From an uncultured Chloroflexia bacterium (lineage in GTDB: Bacteria > Chloroflexota > Limnocylindria > Limnocylindrales > CSP1-4), in assembly GCA_963720755.1 (NCBI GenBank), contig CAVRGP010000006.1, forward strand, positions 220,387 to 284,386: a stretch of DNA of 64,000 bases, given 5' to 3'. Each line of letters opens with the position of its first letter. Positions within the stretch are counted from its first letter, which is position 1. Below, piece by piece: positions 20,931-30,667 of the stretch. Made by a program: the position numbers and the translations under genes. The notes beneath the pieces were generated by a model. That model worked only from the letters and a program-made list of their open reading frames with translations. It had not been told where the DNA came from and ran no database searches.

Positions 20931-20951
20931 TGTACGTGCAACGTCCGTACA
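20931..20951. promoter_or_regulatory. Putative TA autorepression operator
   Basis: Inverted repeat TGTACG-N9-CGTACA upstream of the antitoxin. Confidence 0.6.
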
Positions 20952-21056
20952 TCCTATGCAATCCAAGTCGACTCGTCAACCCGCGTCCAATTGATCGAGA
21001 GTCCAAGTTGAGCCACGCAGGCGATGACCCCGGGCCGCTCCCCTGCTGCGCCCGGA

Positions 21057-22022
21057 CTATGTGCCCCCGACCACCTTGATGGCGCCGACGCCGCCCTGCG
21101 CATCGATATCGACGCGGTTCGCGGCGGTGGCGTAGTCGACGGATTGATAGACGTCGCCGACCCTTGGGAAACGCGCCTGATCGACCTGGCTGGTGCCAAG
21201 CGCCATCCGCGTCCGGATCCGGGCCGCGACACCCATGGGCACCTCGAGGGTCAGCGACGCGGCTCCCGCCTGGGCCATGACCGACGTGGCTCCGGCGGCC
21301 TTCGGTAGCCGGACCATGGTGTCGCTCGCTCCCGTGTGGAGTTCGAGCGTGGCGATGCGCAGGTCGCGAAGATCGACCGTCCCGCGATAGGCACCGACGT
21401 CGAGCCGCAGGTCGAGCGGAACCTCCGCGGTCAGACCGACATCCCAGCGCGATTCATGGTCGAACCAGGGCACGCCCGAGTCCGGGTCCTGGCGAAGCTC
21501 GACGCGGCCGGGGCTGTCCACCCGATGTCGCACGCCGCCCTGGAACGAACCATCGACCAGCGCCCCCGGCGCGGCCCGATGGGTGACCAGCTCCCCGCCG
21601 CCGAACTTGATCCTGACCTCGGCCTGCTTCGCGTCGCCGAGCGGAACCGTCAACGTTTCCACTCGATGGCCCCCAGTCACGAACGCCCCGATCAGGAACC
21701 AGATGCCCAGCACGATGAGCGCCCATGGCCACCACTCGGCGATGAGGTCGCCGGGGGCCGCCTGCAGCGAACCGGTCGTGCTCCCGAGCAGCAGTGCACC
21801 GACCACGATCCACACGATCGGCCAGGTCAGCGACCACGGCGTGCTGGCTCCGCGCAAACCTCGAACCAGGACGCCGACGAACGCGGCCACGCCGGCCAGG
21901 ATGACGAACATCGGCCACGCCTGACTCCAGGACCAGCCCGCGCCCCGTTGTACGAGAAAGATGGTCCCGAGCCCGATCAGCCAGGTCGCGCCGATCAGTG
22001 GCCCGCGACGCGTTGGACTCAC
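21057..22022 (-). CDS. LiaF/LiaI-like envelope-stress membrane protein with C-terminal beta-rich domain
   Basis: Repeated WP-containing TM hairpins followed by a beta-helix-like (DUF2154-type) region. Confidence 0.7.
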   Translation of the reverse strand: MSPTRRGPLIGATWLIGLGTIFLVQRGAGWSWSQAWPMFVILAGVAAFVGVLVRGLRGASTPWSLTWPIVWIVVGALLLGSTTGSLQAAPGDLIAEWWPWALIVLGIWFLIGAFVTGGHRVETLTVPLGDAKQAEVRIKFGGGELVTHRAAPGALVDGSFQGGVRHRVDSPGRVELRQDPDSGVPWFDHESRWDVGLTAEVPLDLRLDVGAYRGTVDLRDLRIATLELHTGASDTMVRLPKAAGATSVMAQAGAASLTLEVPMGVAARIRTRMALGTSQVDQARFPRVGDVYQSVDYATAANRVDIDAQGGVGAIKVVGGT

Positions 22023-22532
22023 GTGCCTTCCTCGGTCGCCTCGGACGGCCCGGTGGCTTCGGTCGTCTCACTCGAACGATCCCGCCGGTCCCACCCGACG
22101 GCGAGGACGACCACCCCGAGGACGATCAGGGCCGCCGGCCAGAGCCAGTCGAAGTCGAATCTGGGGCCACCATTCCCTGACCAGGAAGGTCGCGCCCACG
22201 ACGATGAGCAGGCCGCCAAGGACAAGTGCGCCGCCGATCGGGCGATCGCCGCGAGCGCGGCGTGCCCGTCGCTCGGCCCGTCGGGCAGCTCTCGCCTCGT
22301 GACGCGATGCCCGCGCGCTCGCTCGATCGGCCCCTGATGCTCGCGGATCCTGCTCCGGGACGACGATCGCCATGATGATGTACACGACCAGGGCAAGGCC
22401 CCCCGTGAAGATCGCAAGGAACACCCAGGCGATGCGGACGAGCGACGGGTCGACGTCCCAATGCTCGGCCAGCCCGCCCGCGACGCCGGCCAGCATCCGA
22501 TCATCCTGAGAACGGTACAGCCGATCCTCCAT
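22019..22532 (-). CDS. PspC domain membrane protein (apparent 1-bp frameshift near 22160)
   Basis: MEDRLYRSQDDRMLAGVAGGLAEHWDVDPSLVR; C-terminus FDFDWLWPAALIVLG is in another frame. Confidence 0.8.
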
Positions 22533-22770
22533 GACACCCCACCTCCGTCGAACGACGACCCGATGGTACGACCCGGGTGCACGCCCCGGGTAGGTGTCGC
22601 CCGGCTCATCGGCGCTCCTGCAGACGGCACCGCCGCCTGGATTGCCACGGTGATCCTCGGTCGGCCGGCCCGCTGCGGCTAGGGCCGTCCGGGCGGCTGC
22701 GGCGGGCCGTGTGGCTCTGTTGCCGCTGCCGTCAGCGGAACTCCGACCGCCCGACGACCGTCCGACGACC

Positions 22771-23181
22771 GTGACGAACCAGTCGATACGAACGATCGCG
22801 TTCGCGGCCCTGCTCCTCGTCTTCGTCGCGTGCGGCGGCGGCGGACCCGGCGCACGCTCGAGCGACGAGATCTTTGAGATCACGGGCAGCGCCTTGGCTG
22901 GCCCGGTCTGTCCCGTCGAGCGGATGCCGCCCGACCCCAGCTGCGCGCCGCGCCCGGTCGCCGGTGCGGTCGTGGTCGTTCATGACTCGTCCGATGCGGA
23001 GGTTGCCAGGACGACCACGGGCGAGGATGGCTCCTTCCGGGTCGGCGTCCCGGCGGGTCGGTACGTCGTTCAGGCGATGCCTGTGGTCGGGTTGCTCGGA
23101 ACGCCGTCCCCACAACCCGTCACCGTCGGTGCCTCGACTCCCGCGGTCGTGAGCTTTTCCTATGACACGGGGATCCGCTGA
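22771..23181 (+). CDS. Lipoprotein with carboxypeptidase-regulatory-like domain
   Basis: FVAC lipobox; GPVCPVE...C.PRP; DGSFRV.VPAGRY; YDTGIR. Confidence 0.75.
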   Translation: MTNQSIRTIAFAALLLVFVACGGGGPGARSSDEIFEITGSALAGPVCPVERMPPDPSCAPRPVAGAVVVVHDSSDAEVARTTTGEDGSFRVGVPAGRYVVQAMPVVGLLGTPSPQPVTVGASTPAVVSFSYDTGIR

Positions 23182-23211
23182 CCGGCCGTCGCTGATCTGC
23201 GGAGGAAACCA

Positions 23212-23245
23212 GAAGGCCCGGCTCCCTCAGTGGAGCCGGGCCTTC
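23212..23245 (-). terminator. Intrinsic terminator (copy 1)
   Basis: 14-bp stem GAAGGCCCGGCTCC/GGAGCCGGGCCTTC, followed by TGGTTT on the minus strand. Confidence 0.75.
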
Positions 23246-23287
23246 GTCAGGATCGGGGTCGTTCGCCGGCGAACCCGGCAGGTCGGG

Positions 23288-24016
23288 TTACCGCTGGCGG
23301 CGTGGCCGGGCGGGGGTCAGGACGACGGCACCGATGCCGATCGCACCGAAGACGAGGAACAGGATCGGCAGCATGTCGTTCGTGCCGCCGGTCGATCCAC
23401 CGGCCACGTCGGTCGGCGGGGCGGTCGGGGCGTCGGTCGCTGCCTCGACACCACCGGTGGGGGTCGATGTCGGGGTCGGCGTCGGCGTCACTTCAGTCGT
23501 GGGCGTCGGAGTCGGAGTTGGCGTAGGCGTGGGCGTAGGCGTGGGCGTAGGAGTAGGTGTCGGCGTCGGCGTGGGTGTAGGAGTCGGCGTGGGTGTCGGC
23601 GTCGGCGTTGGCGTCGGTGTGGGTGTCGGCGTCGGCGTCGGCGTCGGCGTTGGCGTCGGCGTGGGTGTCGGCGTCGGCTGGACACAGGCCCCGGCGGACA
23701 GGTTGAACGTGTAGTTGTACTGCGTCTTGCCGTCGTTCGAGTGGAACTTCACGATCGCGGTGTGCGACGCGGTCGGCGCGCCGGCCGCGTACGTGTCCGG
23801 TGCGCCGGTGTTGGCGTTCACCGGAGCTGAGTCGGCGGCGCCGTCGATCGCGTAGGTGTAGGTCGAGCCACCTGGGTAATTCGAGCCGGACACGGTCAGG
23901 ACCGTCCCGTTCGCACTGCAGTCGAGCGACGCGCTCGCGTTGTGGGCTGCGACACTGGCCGGCAGAGCCAGCAGCAGGAGCGCCCCAGCAACGGCGCTGA
24001 ACCTCCGGATCCTCAT
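23288..24016 (-). CDS. Secreted PT-repeat cell-surface protein with sortase-like tail (copy 1)
   Basis: Signal peptide, ~90-aa domain, long (PT)n stalk, APPTD, TM, RPRRQR. Confidence 0.85.
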   Translation of the reverse strand: MRIRRFSAVAGALLLLALPASVAAHNASASLDCSANGTVLTVSGSNYPGGSTYTYAIDGAADSAPVNANTGAPDTYAAGAPTASHTAIVKFHSNDGKTQYNYTFNLSAGACVQPTPTPTPTPTPTPTPTPTPTPTPTPTPTPTPTPTPTPTPTPTPTPTPTPTPTPTPTPTPTTEVTPTPTPTSTPTGGVEAATDAPTAPPTDVAGGSTGGTNDMLPILFLVFGAIGIGAVVLTPARPRRQR

Positions 24017-24299
24017 GAGCATTCTCCCCGATTCTGATCTGTACGGATGGCTTGACGATCGACTTGCGGCGTCCCGTACCGTGCCCCGCGAGTCATGAAT
24101 ACGTGGACGATGATGTGCCCGGGTACTAGGCCTGTCCAGTACCGATGGCGACCGTCCGACCGCACCGGAACCTCCGAATCCGGACCTCTCCGCAACGGAC
24201 GTCACGACCGAAAACGTTGCCCGGCGACACCGGTCACCAGGACCCGGGCAGGACCGATGGCCACGGGCCGTCCTGACCTGCCGGTCATCGAGGAAACCA

Positions 24300-24333
24300 G
24301 AAGGCCCGGCTCCCTCAGTGGAGCCGGGCCTTC
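24300..24333 (-). terminator. Intrinsic terminator (copy 2)
   Basis: Hairpin identical to 23212-23245. Confidence 0.75.
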
Positions 24334-24375
24334 GTCAGGATCGGGGTCGTTCGCCGGCGAACCCGGCGTGTCGGG

Positions 24376-25050
24376 TTACCGCTGGCGGCGTGGCCGGGCG
24401 GGGGTCAGGACGACGGCACCGATGCCGATCGCACCGAAGACGAGGAACAGGATCGGCAGCATGTCACTCGGTCCGCCGGTCGATCCACTGACCGAGTCGG
24501 TCGGCGGGGCGGTCGGGACATCCGTCGCGCCCTGGACGCCGCCGCTCGGGGTCGATGTCGGGGTCGGGGTCGGCGTCTCTTCAGTCGTGGGCGTCGGAGT
24601 CGGCGTCGCCGTGGGGGTGGGTGTCGGCGTTGGCGTGGGGGTCGGCGTTGGCGTTGGCGTTGGCGTCGGCGTTGGCGTCGGCGTCGGCGTTGGAGTCGGC
24701 GTCGGCGTGGGGTCGACGCAGGCGGGGGCCGACAGCTCGAAGACGTAGTCGTACTGGGTCTTGCCGTCGTTCGAGTGGAACTTCACGATCGCAGTGTGCG
24801 ATTCGGTCGGCGCGCCCGCCGCGTACGTGTCCGGTGCGCCGGTGTTGGCGTTCACCGGAGCTGAGTCGGCGGCGCCGTCGATCGCGTAGGTGTAGGTCGA
24901 GCCACCTGGGTAATTCGAGCCGGACACGGTCAGGACCGTCCCGTTCGCACTGCAGTCGAGCGACGCGCTCGCGTCGTGAGCGGCAACGCTGGCCGGCAAT
25001 GCCAGTAGCAGGAGCGCCCCAGCAAGGGCGCTGAACCTCCGGATCCTCAT
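24376..25050 (-). CDS. Secreted PT-repeat cell-surface protein with sortase-like tail (copy 2)
   Basis: GGAG RBS; same architecture with a shorter PT tract. Confidence 0.85.
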   Translation of the reverse strand: MRIRRFSALAGALLLLALPASVAAHDASASLDCSANGTVLTVSGSNYPGGSTYTYAIDGAADSAPVNANTGAPDTYAAGAPTESHTAIVKFHSNDGKTQYDYVFELSAPACVDPTPTPTPTPTPTPTPTPTPTPTPTPTPTPTPTPTATPTPTPTTEETPTPTPTSTPSGGVQGATDVPTAPPTDSVSGSTGGPSDMLPILFLVFGAIGIGAVVLTPARPRRQR

Positions 25051-25294
25051 GGGCGATAAGTCTCCTCGGTACGGACATGGATGAATGGGCAAGTGGCGTC
25101 CCGTACCCGCGACCGCCATAGATAACTCGTGAATGATGCGTCCCGGGTACCACGACTGTCCAGTACGAAGGTCACCCATTCGGACCTCATCAGAACACCG
25201 CCAACCACTCCGGTCGGGATGACGACTTCCGATCATGATCCGTATCGATGAGGTTGCCCCGGGCTCGAGCGCGTCAACGGGTACCATGCCCTTC

Positions 25295-27013
25295 GTGTCC
25301 GATCTCTTGTCGAACGTGCCCGCGCCGATCCGCTCCGACGTTCGGGCGGCGGTCAGCCGTGCCTGGGCGGACGCGATCGAGTCAGGATCCCTGCCGCCGT
25401 TGCCTGCCGATGCCGTCCGGCCTGAGGTCGAGGTCGAGCGACCGGCCGATCCCGTACACGGCGACTTCGCCAGCAACCTGGCGATGCGTCTCGCCCGGCC
25501 ATACCGCATGTCGCCCAGCGCGATCGCGACGGTGCTCGCGGCCGAACTCACCAAGGCTGCGACCCGGACGACCGCAGGCGGGCAGGACGTCGAGTCGCCG
25601 ATCGCAACGGCCGAGGTCGCGCCGCCGGGGTTCCTCAACATGCGCCTCCGCGACGGAGCCATGGAGACGACGATCGCGTCGATCCTGGCCGACCCGGCAG
25701 GCTGGGGCCGTGTCGCGACCCGCGAAGACCGCGCCGTCAATGTCGAGTTCGTGTCGGCCAATCCGACGGGACCGCTCCACGTCGGCAACGCCCGGGGCGC
25801 ATTCATCGGCGATCTCCTCAGCCGGGTCCTCGAAGCCGGCGGGCAGCGGGTCACCCGCGAGTACTACTTCAACGACTCGGGCGGACAGATCCGGAACCTG
25901 GGTGCGACGGTCGCGGCCCTCCGGCGGGGGGAGCCCATCCCGGAGGACGGCTACAAGGGCGCCTACGTCGACGAACTCGTGGCGTCGCTTCCGGACGACG
26001 TCTGGGCGGCGGCCACGACGCAGGGTGCCGACACGGATGGTCTCGTCGGCAAGTGGGCGGCCGGGCGGGTACGTTCTGGCATCGAGGCGAGCCTGGCGAC
26101 CCTTGGCGTCCACTTCGACGTGTGGACGAGCGAGGCGCGCCTGCACGACGAAGGGTGGGTGACCCGAGCGGTCGACCGCCTTCGCGAACACGGCCATGTC
26201 TACGACCTGGACGGTGCCGTCTGGTTCCGGTCGACCACGTTCGGCGACGACAAGGACCGGGTCATCCTTCGATCCAACGGTGAACCGACCTACTTCGCCG
26301 CGGACCTCGGCTACGTCACGGAGAAGTTCAGCCGCGGCTTCGATCACCTCATCTACATCTGGGGCGTCGACCACCACGGAACGGTCGCCCGCCTGCGGAA
26401 CGCGGCCGGGGCCATGGGCTACGACCGCGACGCGGTCCAGATCTTGTTGTACGCCTGGGTCCATGTGGTGCGCGACGGTGGTCAGGTGTCGATGTCCAAA
26501 CGGCGCGGCGACTTCGTCACGCTCGACGACTTCCTCAGCGAGGTCGGACCGGATGCAGCTCGCTGGTTCTTCGCGTCGCGGGCGGTGACGACCGAGATCG
26601 ACTTCGACATCGAGGTATTCAAGAAGCAGACCAACGAGAACCCCGTCTACTACGTCCAGTACGCACATGCCCGGATCGCCTCGATCCTGCGCAAGGCGGC
26701 GTCGAACGGCCTGTCGCCGGCCCGCGATGTCGCCGGGTCGCTGGTCGACGGGCCGGAAGCCGCTCTGGCCCGGGCGATCGTCCGCTTTCCCGAAGTCGTC
26801 GAGGATGCCGTCGCGGCCGAGGAAACGCTCGGACTCACGGCCTATGCGACCGATCTCGCGACGACGTTCCATGGGTTCTATCGCGATGCGCGGGTGGTGG
26901 ACCCGGATGCGCCGGAACGTTCTGCGTCACGGCTTGCGCTGGCCGACGCGACCCGGATCACCCTGGCGAACGTGCTGGGCCTGCTCGGGATCTCCGCGCC
27001 CGAGTCGATGTAG
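25295..27013 (+). CDS. argS: Arginine--tRNA ligase
   Basis: HGDFASN, EFVSANPTGPLHVGNAR, MSKRRG, YYVQYAHAR, GISAPESM. Confidence 0.97.
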   Translation: MSDLLSNVPAPIRSDVRAAVSRAWADAIESGSLPPLPADAVRPEVEVERPADPVHGDFASNLAMRLARPYRMSPSAIATVLAAELTKAATRTTAGGQDVESPIATAEVAPPGFLNMRLRDGAMETTIASILADPAGWGRVATREDRAVNVEFVSANPTGPLHVGNARGAFIGDLLSRVLEAGGQRVTREYYFNDSGGQIRNLGATVAALRRGEPIPEDGYKGAYVDELVASLPDDVWAAATTQGADTDGLVGKWAAGRVRSGIEASLATLGVHFDVWTSEARLHDEGWVTRAVDRLREHGHVYDLDGAVWFRSTTFGDDKDRVILRSNGEPTYFAADLGYVTEKFSRGFDHLIYIWGVDHHGTVARLRNAAGAMGYDRDAVQILLYAWVHVVRDGGQVSMSKRRGDFVTLDDFLSEVGPDAARWFFASRAVTTEIDFDIEVFKKQTNENPVYYVQYAHARIASILRKAASNGLSPARDVAGSLVDGPEAALARAIVRFPEVVEDAVAAEETLGLTAYATDLATTFHGFYRDARVVDPDAPERSASRLALADATRITLANVLGLLGISAPESM

Positions 27014-27037
27014 GGACAGCCGGCGGGCTGCGGTCGG

Positions 27038-28360
27038 CTAGCCGGCGAGCCCCAGGACCCCGGCCACCGTGCCCGCCGTCGTGGCGTCACTCGCGATCAG
27101 GATCCACCTCGTCGTGCCGCCGGCCCCCGGCAGGACCTGGCCGACGCCGCCGGCCTGCCCCATCGCCGTCGTCGCGGCCGCCTCGAACGCGGCCGCGTCC
27201 GCCGCGGTGTCCCAGGCGGTGTCCATGACGACGGCCCAGGTCCCGTTCGGCCCCTCGACGACGGCCAGGCGGTCGCCTCCCCAGCCCGCTGCCGCATCCG
27301 TGGCGGTGGCCGTCGGGACGCCCGACTCGCGCAGCCAGGCGCCGAGCTGGAACTCGCCGAAGGTGTCCTCCATCGGGACGCTCCAGCCCGACCCGAGCCG
27401 CGTGGCGAGGTCGGCCGGCAACGTCACCGCGATCGGCGCCTCGTTGGCGGTGTACTTCTCCGGGTGCATGACCTGTTCGGTCGATGCCGGCATCCGGTCG
27501 AAGTAGGCATTGACTGCGGGCCAGCCGCCGCTGGACTGCACCCCGGAGACGTAACCCAGCCCGGTCGTGTATGGGAACTCAAGGGTGTCGACCATGAACG
27601 GCGGCGTCCGGTCGGTCACGGCCGTGGCGGCTGGGTCGCTCGCTGCGCTGAGCAACTCGAGCAGATCCGACTGGCTGAGATTGCCGGCCGCCCATTGGGT
27701 CATCACGAGGGTGGCGTCGCCCTCGTAGATCGCCTGACGCGCGAGGATCCGGTCGCCCTGATCCAGGATCCCGGCCTGGTCGGAGAAGATCGTCGAATTC
27801 TGGTCCTGGAGCGCGTGGTCGTACTCGTGCGAGAAGTAGAACCGCTCGGCCGCTCCCGGCGCACCGTCCGACGACACGACGTAGAGCTTGCCCTGGTCAT
27901 TCCGGTAGAAGCCGGCGACCCCTCCGCTCAACAGGTCGAGACTGAGCGCGCGCAGGTCGGAATCTGCCGGGATGAGACCGAGGGCCTTGTACAGCCGCTC
28001 CGTCCCGGCCAGGTACGCCGGCGGCGTCTCGGTGTCGAACTGGTCGGTCAGCATCGTGCGGAGTTGGTTCGAATCGATGAACTCGCGCTCCACGGGCCGC
28101 TTCGGTGACAGGCCGCGGATCGCGATCACCTGTTGTTCGATCGTGTCGTAGATCGCACCGGCACCGGCGTCCGGGCTGGATGCCGACGCAGTAGACGAAG
28201 CGGGCGCGCTCGATGGCGGCGCCGGGCTCGACGATGGAGCCGTCGATGGGGCCGCGGAGCCCTGGTTCGAACCGCAGGCCGCAACCATGAGGACGACGCC
28301 GAGCAGGAGCGCGAAACGACGAGGGCGCCTGGTGGTGACGAGCCGGGTGGTCGGTGACAT
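27038..28360 (-). CDS. Lipoprotein, putative zincin-type metallopeptidase
   Basis: VAAC lipobox, SHEYDHALQDQ (HExxH), EGDAT, FPY..G, GWGGDR. Confidence 0.75.
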   Translation of the reverse strand: MSPTTRLVTTRRPRRFALLLGVVLMVAACGSNQGSAAPSTAPSSSPAPPSSAPASSTASASSPDAGAGAIYDTIEQQVIAIRGLSPKRPVEREFIDSNQLRTMLTDQFDTETPPAYLAGTERLYKALGLIPADSDLRALSLDLLSGGVAGFYRNDQGKLYVVSSDGAPGAAERFYFSHEYDHALQDQNSTIFSDQAGILDQGDRILARQAIYEGDATLVMTQWAAGNLSQSDLLELLSAASDPAATAVTDRTPPFMVDTLEFPYTTGLGYVSGVQSSGGWPAVNAYFDRMPASTEQVMHPEKYTANEAPIAVTLPADLATRLGSGWSVPMEDTFGEFQLGAWLRESGVPTATATDAAAGWGGDRLAVVEGPNGTWAVVMDTAWDTAADAAAFEAAATTAMGQAGGVGQVLPGAGGTTRWILIASDATTAGTVAGVLGLAG

Positions 28361-28463
28361 CGGCGCGATTGTCGCACGGCCTTCGCGACACGCCGGAGAC
28401 CGGCCGTGGGGTGTCGCTTTCTTAACCGGTTGCCGACTCGACCCGCAACGAGCGCCATCTAAC

Positions 28464-28549
28464 GTAGCCCGTGGACGAACCCAAAAGGTTCTATCCCTCC
28501 CTCCCTCGACCGGAGGCGCCGATTGGGCAGGCGCCTCCGGTCTTTCCTT
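28464..28549 (+). ncRNA. Candidate small RNA with C-rich anti-Shine-Dalgarno tract
   Basis: Hairpin GAACC-CAAAA-GGTTC, tract TATCCCTCCCTCCCTC, then a 13-bp terminator stem and TTTCCTT. Confidence 0.45.
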
Positions 28550-28600
28550 GTCCGGCACCGGTGGAGCGGCCGTAGGGTCCGCTGTGTCAGAATCGGAGCG

Positions 28601-29275
28601 ATGGAACTCACGTGGTACGGGCGGACCTGCATCCGCCTCCGGGGCAAGGACGCCGTCGTCGTGGCAGATCCGTTCCAATCCGTCGTCGGACCGACGGGGC
28701 GGGGGATCACCGGCGATATCGTCACATTCAGTCATCCCGACGATCACCCGCTGCCGCGAGGCAAAGGCAAGCACTCACGGGATGGGCTGACCCTCCTGCC
28801 GTCCAGCCTGGATGATGCGTTCGTGCTGGACGGTCCAGGCGAATACGAGGTCAGGGAAGTCCTCCTGACCGGCGTCCGGACCTATCGTGACGATGCGAAG
28901 GGCGCGGAGCTGGGCAAGCAGGTCGCCTTTGCGGTCGAGGTCGATGGCGTCCATACCATCCACCTCGGCGATATCGGGCATCTCCTGTCCGAGGAGAAGC
29001 TCGGGGACATCGGGCCGGTCGACATCGTCTGCGTCCCGCTCGGGGGTTCCCTCTCGCCGGCGAAGGCCGCCGCACTCGTGGCCCAACTGGACCCGCAGAT
29101 CGTGGTCCCCATGCCGATCTGCGAGGACGAAGCCGATTGCGCCGACGCGCTCAAGCGCTTCTTCCACGAGATGGGCGCCGAAGCTGTCCTCCAGCCCAAG
29201 CTGTCGGTCACCGCGACCAGTCTCCCGAGCGAGACGATCACCGTCCTCCTCGAGTCTCGCGGCAAACAGGTCTGA
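28601..29275 (+). CDS. Metallo-beta-lactamase fold hydrolase
   Basis: MELTWYG..C, DPF, DIVTFSH.DDH, GPGEYEV, HLGD. Confidence 0.85.
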   Translation: MELTWYGRTCIRLRGKDAVVVADPFQSVVGPTGRGITGDIVTFSHPDDHPLPRGKGKHSRDGLTLLPSSLDDAFVLDGPGEYEVREVLLTGVRTYRDDAKGAELGKQVAFAVEVDGVHTIHLGDIGHLLSEEKLGDIGPVDIVCVPLGGSLSPAKAAALVAQLDPQIVVPMPICEDEADCADALKRFFHEMGAEAVLQPKLSVTATSLPSETITVLLESRGKQV

Positions 29276-29293
29276 CCGCGCCGACGGCGCGGA

Positions 29294-30667
29294 TCAACCT
29301 CGGTCGAGGACGACCCGGCCGCGCTTGACGACCGTCCTGACCAGGTCCGCGGCCGGCCAGTACGGGATCTGATCCGAGCTCGGCACCCGCCAGATGACAA
29401 GGTCGGCGCTCTTGCCGACTTCGAGCGAACCGATCTCCTCGTCGAGACCGATCGCCCGGGCGGCGTTGATGGTCACCGCCGCGAGCGCCTCGTCCGGGGT
29501 GAGTCCCAGCGACAGGCACGCCACCGTCATCGCGAGCGGCAGGCTGGCCGTGGGCGACGTGCCGGGATTGAAGTCGGTGCCGATGGCGACCGGGATCCCA
29601 TGCTCGATGAAGGTGCGAGCTGGTGCGCCGTGATCCTTCCCGAGGAACCAGGTCGTGGCCGGCAGCACGGTCGCGACCACGGGTCGTTCGTCGGCCGCGG
29701 CCGCCGCCAGGGCCTCGATCCCATCCTCGGATGGTGTCGCGAGGTGGTCCGCTGAAGCGGCTCCGAGTTCGGCTGCCAGCTCCGCGCCACCGGAGGGAGC
29801 GAGTTCGTCGGCATGGAGCCGGATGCCCATCCCGAACCCCGCCGCAGCCTGAAGGATCCGGCGAGACTGGTCGGCGCTGAACACGCCGGACTCACAGAAC
29901 ACATCGCAATATCGTGCTCGGCCGTGGGCGGCCACGCCGGGGAGTTGATCCTCGATGACCGACCGGACGTACGCCTCCGTCCCCTCGGGCCGGGCGCGGA
30001 ACTCAGCCGGCACGGCGTGGGCGCCGAGAAAGGTCGGCACGATCTCGATCGGCCCCTCGCCGCCAAGTTCGTGGGCGGCTTCGAGGAGCCGGATCTCGGT
30101 CTCGAGGTCCAGCCCGTACCCGGATTTCGCCTCGATCGTGGTGACGCCGTGGCCGAGCATCTCATCGAGCCAACGCCGGCCGTGGGTCAGGAGGTCGTCC
30201 GGCGTCGCGGCACGGGTTGCGGCGACGGTCGAAAGGATGCCCCCGCCCGCGGCCAGGATCTCGAGGTAACTCGCCCCGGCCTGGCGTGCCTGCCACTCCC
30301 GCTCCCGCGAGCCGCCGAACAGGAGGTGGGTATGGGGGTCGATCAGGCCGGGCGTCACGGAGCCGCCGGCCGCGTCCAGGCGGGCGAACCGGCCGAGGGG
30401 ATAGCCCGCGGCTTCGAGCGCGGTCTCGACCGCTGCCCGAGGCCCGACCCCGACGAAGCGACCTTCCCAGCAGGCGACGACGGGCGCATCGGGAGCATCG
30501 GGGCCACCGACATCCGCCGCCGAGAGCCGACCCACGTCCGCCTGGGATAGGCCCATGCGCAGCCCGCCGGCGACGGTCACGACCTCCCCGGCACCGACGA
30601 TGAGGAGTCCGGGCGTCGGGTCGTCGCTTCGACCGCCGTGGATCAGCCGGAACTGACTCCCGCTCAC
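29294..30667 (-). CDS. hutI: Imidazolonepropionase
   Basis: PGLIDPHTH, GVTTIEAKSGYGL, HADEL, GTDFNPG. Confidence 0.95.
   Translation of the reverse strand: MSGSQFRLIHGGRSDDPTPGLLIVGAGEVVTVAGGLRMGLSQADVGRLSAADVGGPDAPDAPVVACWEGRFVGVGPRAAVETALEAAGYPLGRFARLDAAGGSVTPGLIDPHTHLLFGGSREREWQARQAGASYLEILAAGGGILSTVAATRAATPDDLLTHGRRWLDEMLGHGVTTIEAKSGYGLDLETEIRLLEAAHELGGEGPIEIVPTFLGAHAVPAEFRARPEGTEAYVRSVIEDQLPGVAAHGRARYCDVFCESGVFSADQSRRILQAAAGFGMGIRLHADELAPSGGAELAAELGAASADHLATPSEDGIEALAAAAADERPVVATVLPATTWFLGKDHGAPARTFIEHGIPVAIGTDFNPGTSPTASLPLAMTVACLSLGLTPDEALAAVTINAARAIGLDEEIGSLEVGKSADLVIWRVPSSDQIPYWPAADLVRTVVKRGRVVLDRG

Larger units (their letters stand above)
23202..25166. repeat. Tandem duplication (about 1.09-kb period) of a surface-protein gene with its terminator and upstream motifs
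   Basis: Copies start at 23202 and 24290; near-identical 3' flank and N-terminal domain. Confidence 0.92.

Noticed and set aside
22150-22170. Programmed frameshift in the PspC gene (also near 61050, 61495 and 63510)
   Set aside because: No slippery-site structure evident; isolated 1-bp indels are more simply sequencing or assembly errors
23460-24720. GGCGTC/GGTGTC-type hexamer arrays as CRISPR or non-coding repeats
   Set aside because: They encode the (PT)n stalks on the minus strand; there are no spacers or cas genes
28400-28549. 6S RNA or T-box
   Set aside because: I could not form the long 6S rod with central bulge, and found no T-box motif; kept only as a candidate sRNA
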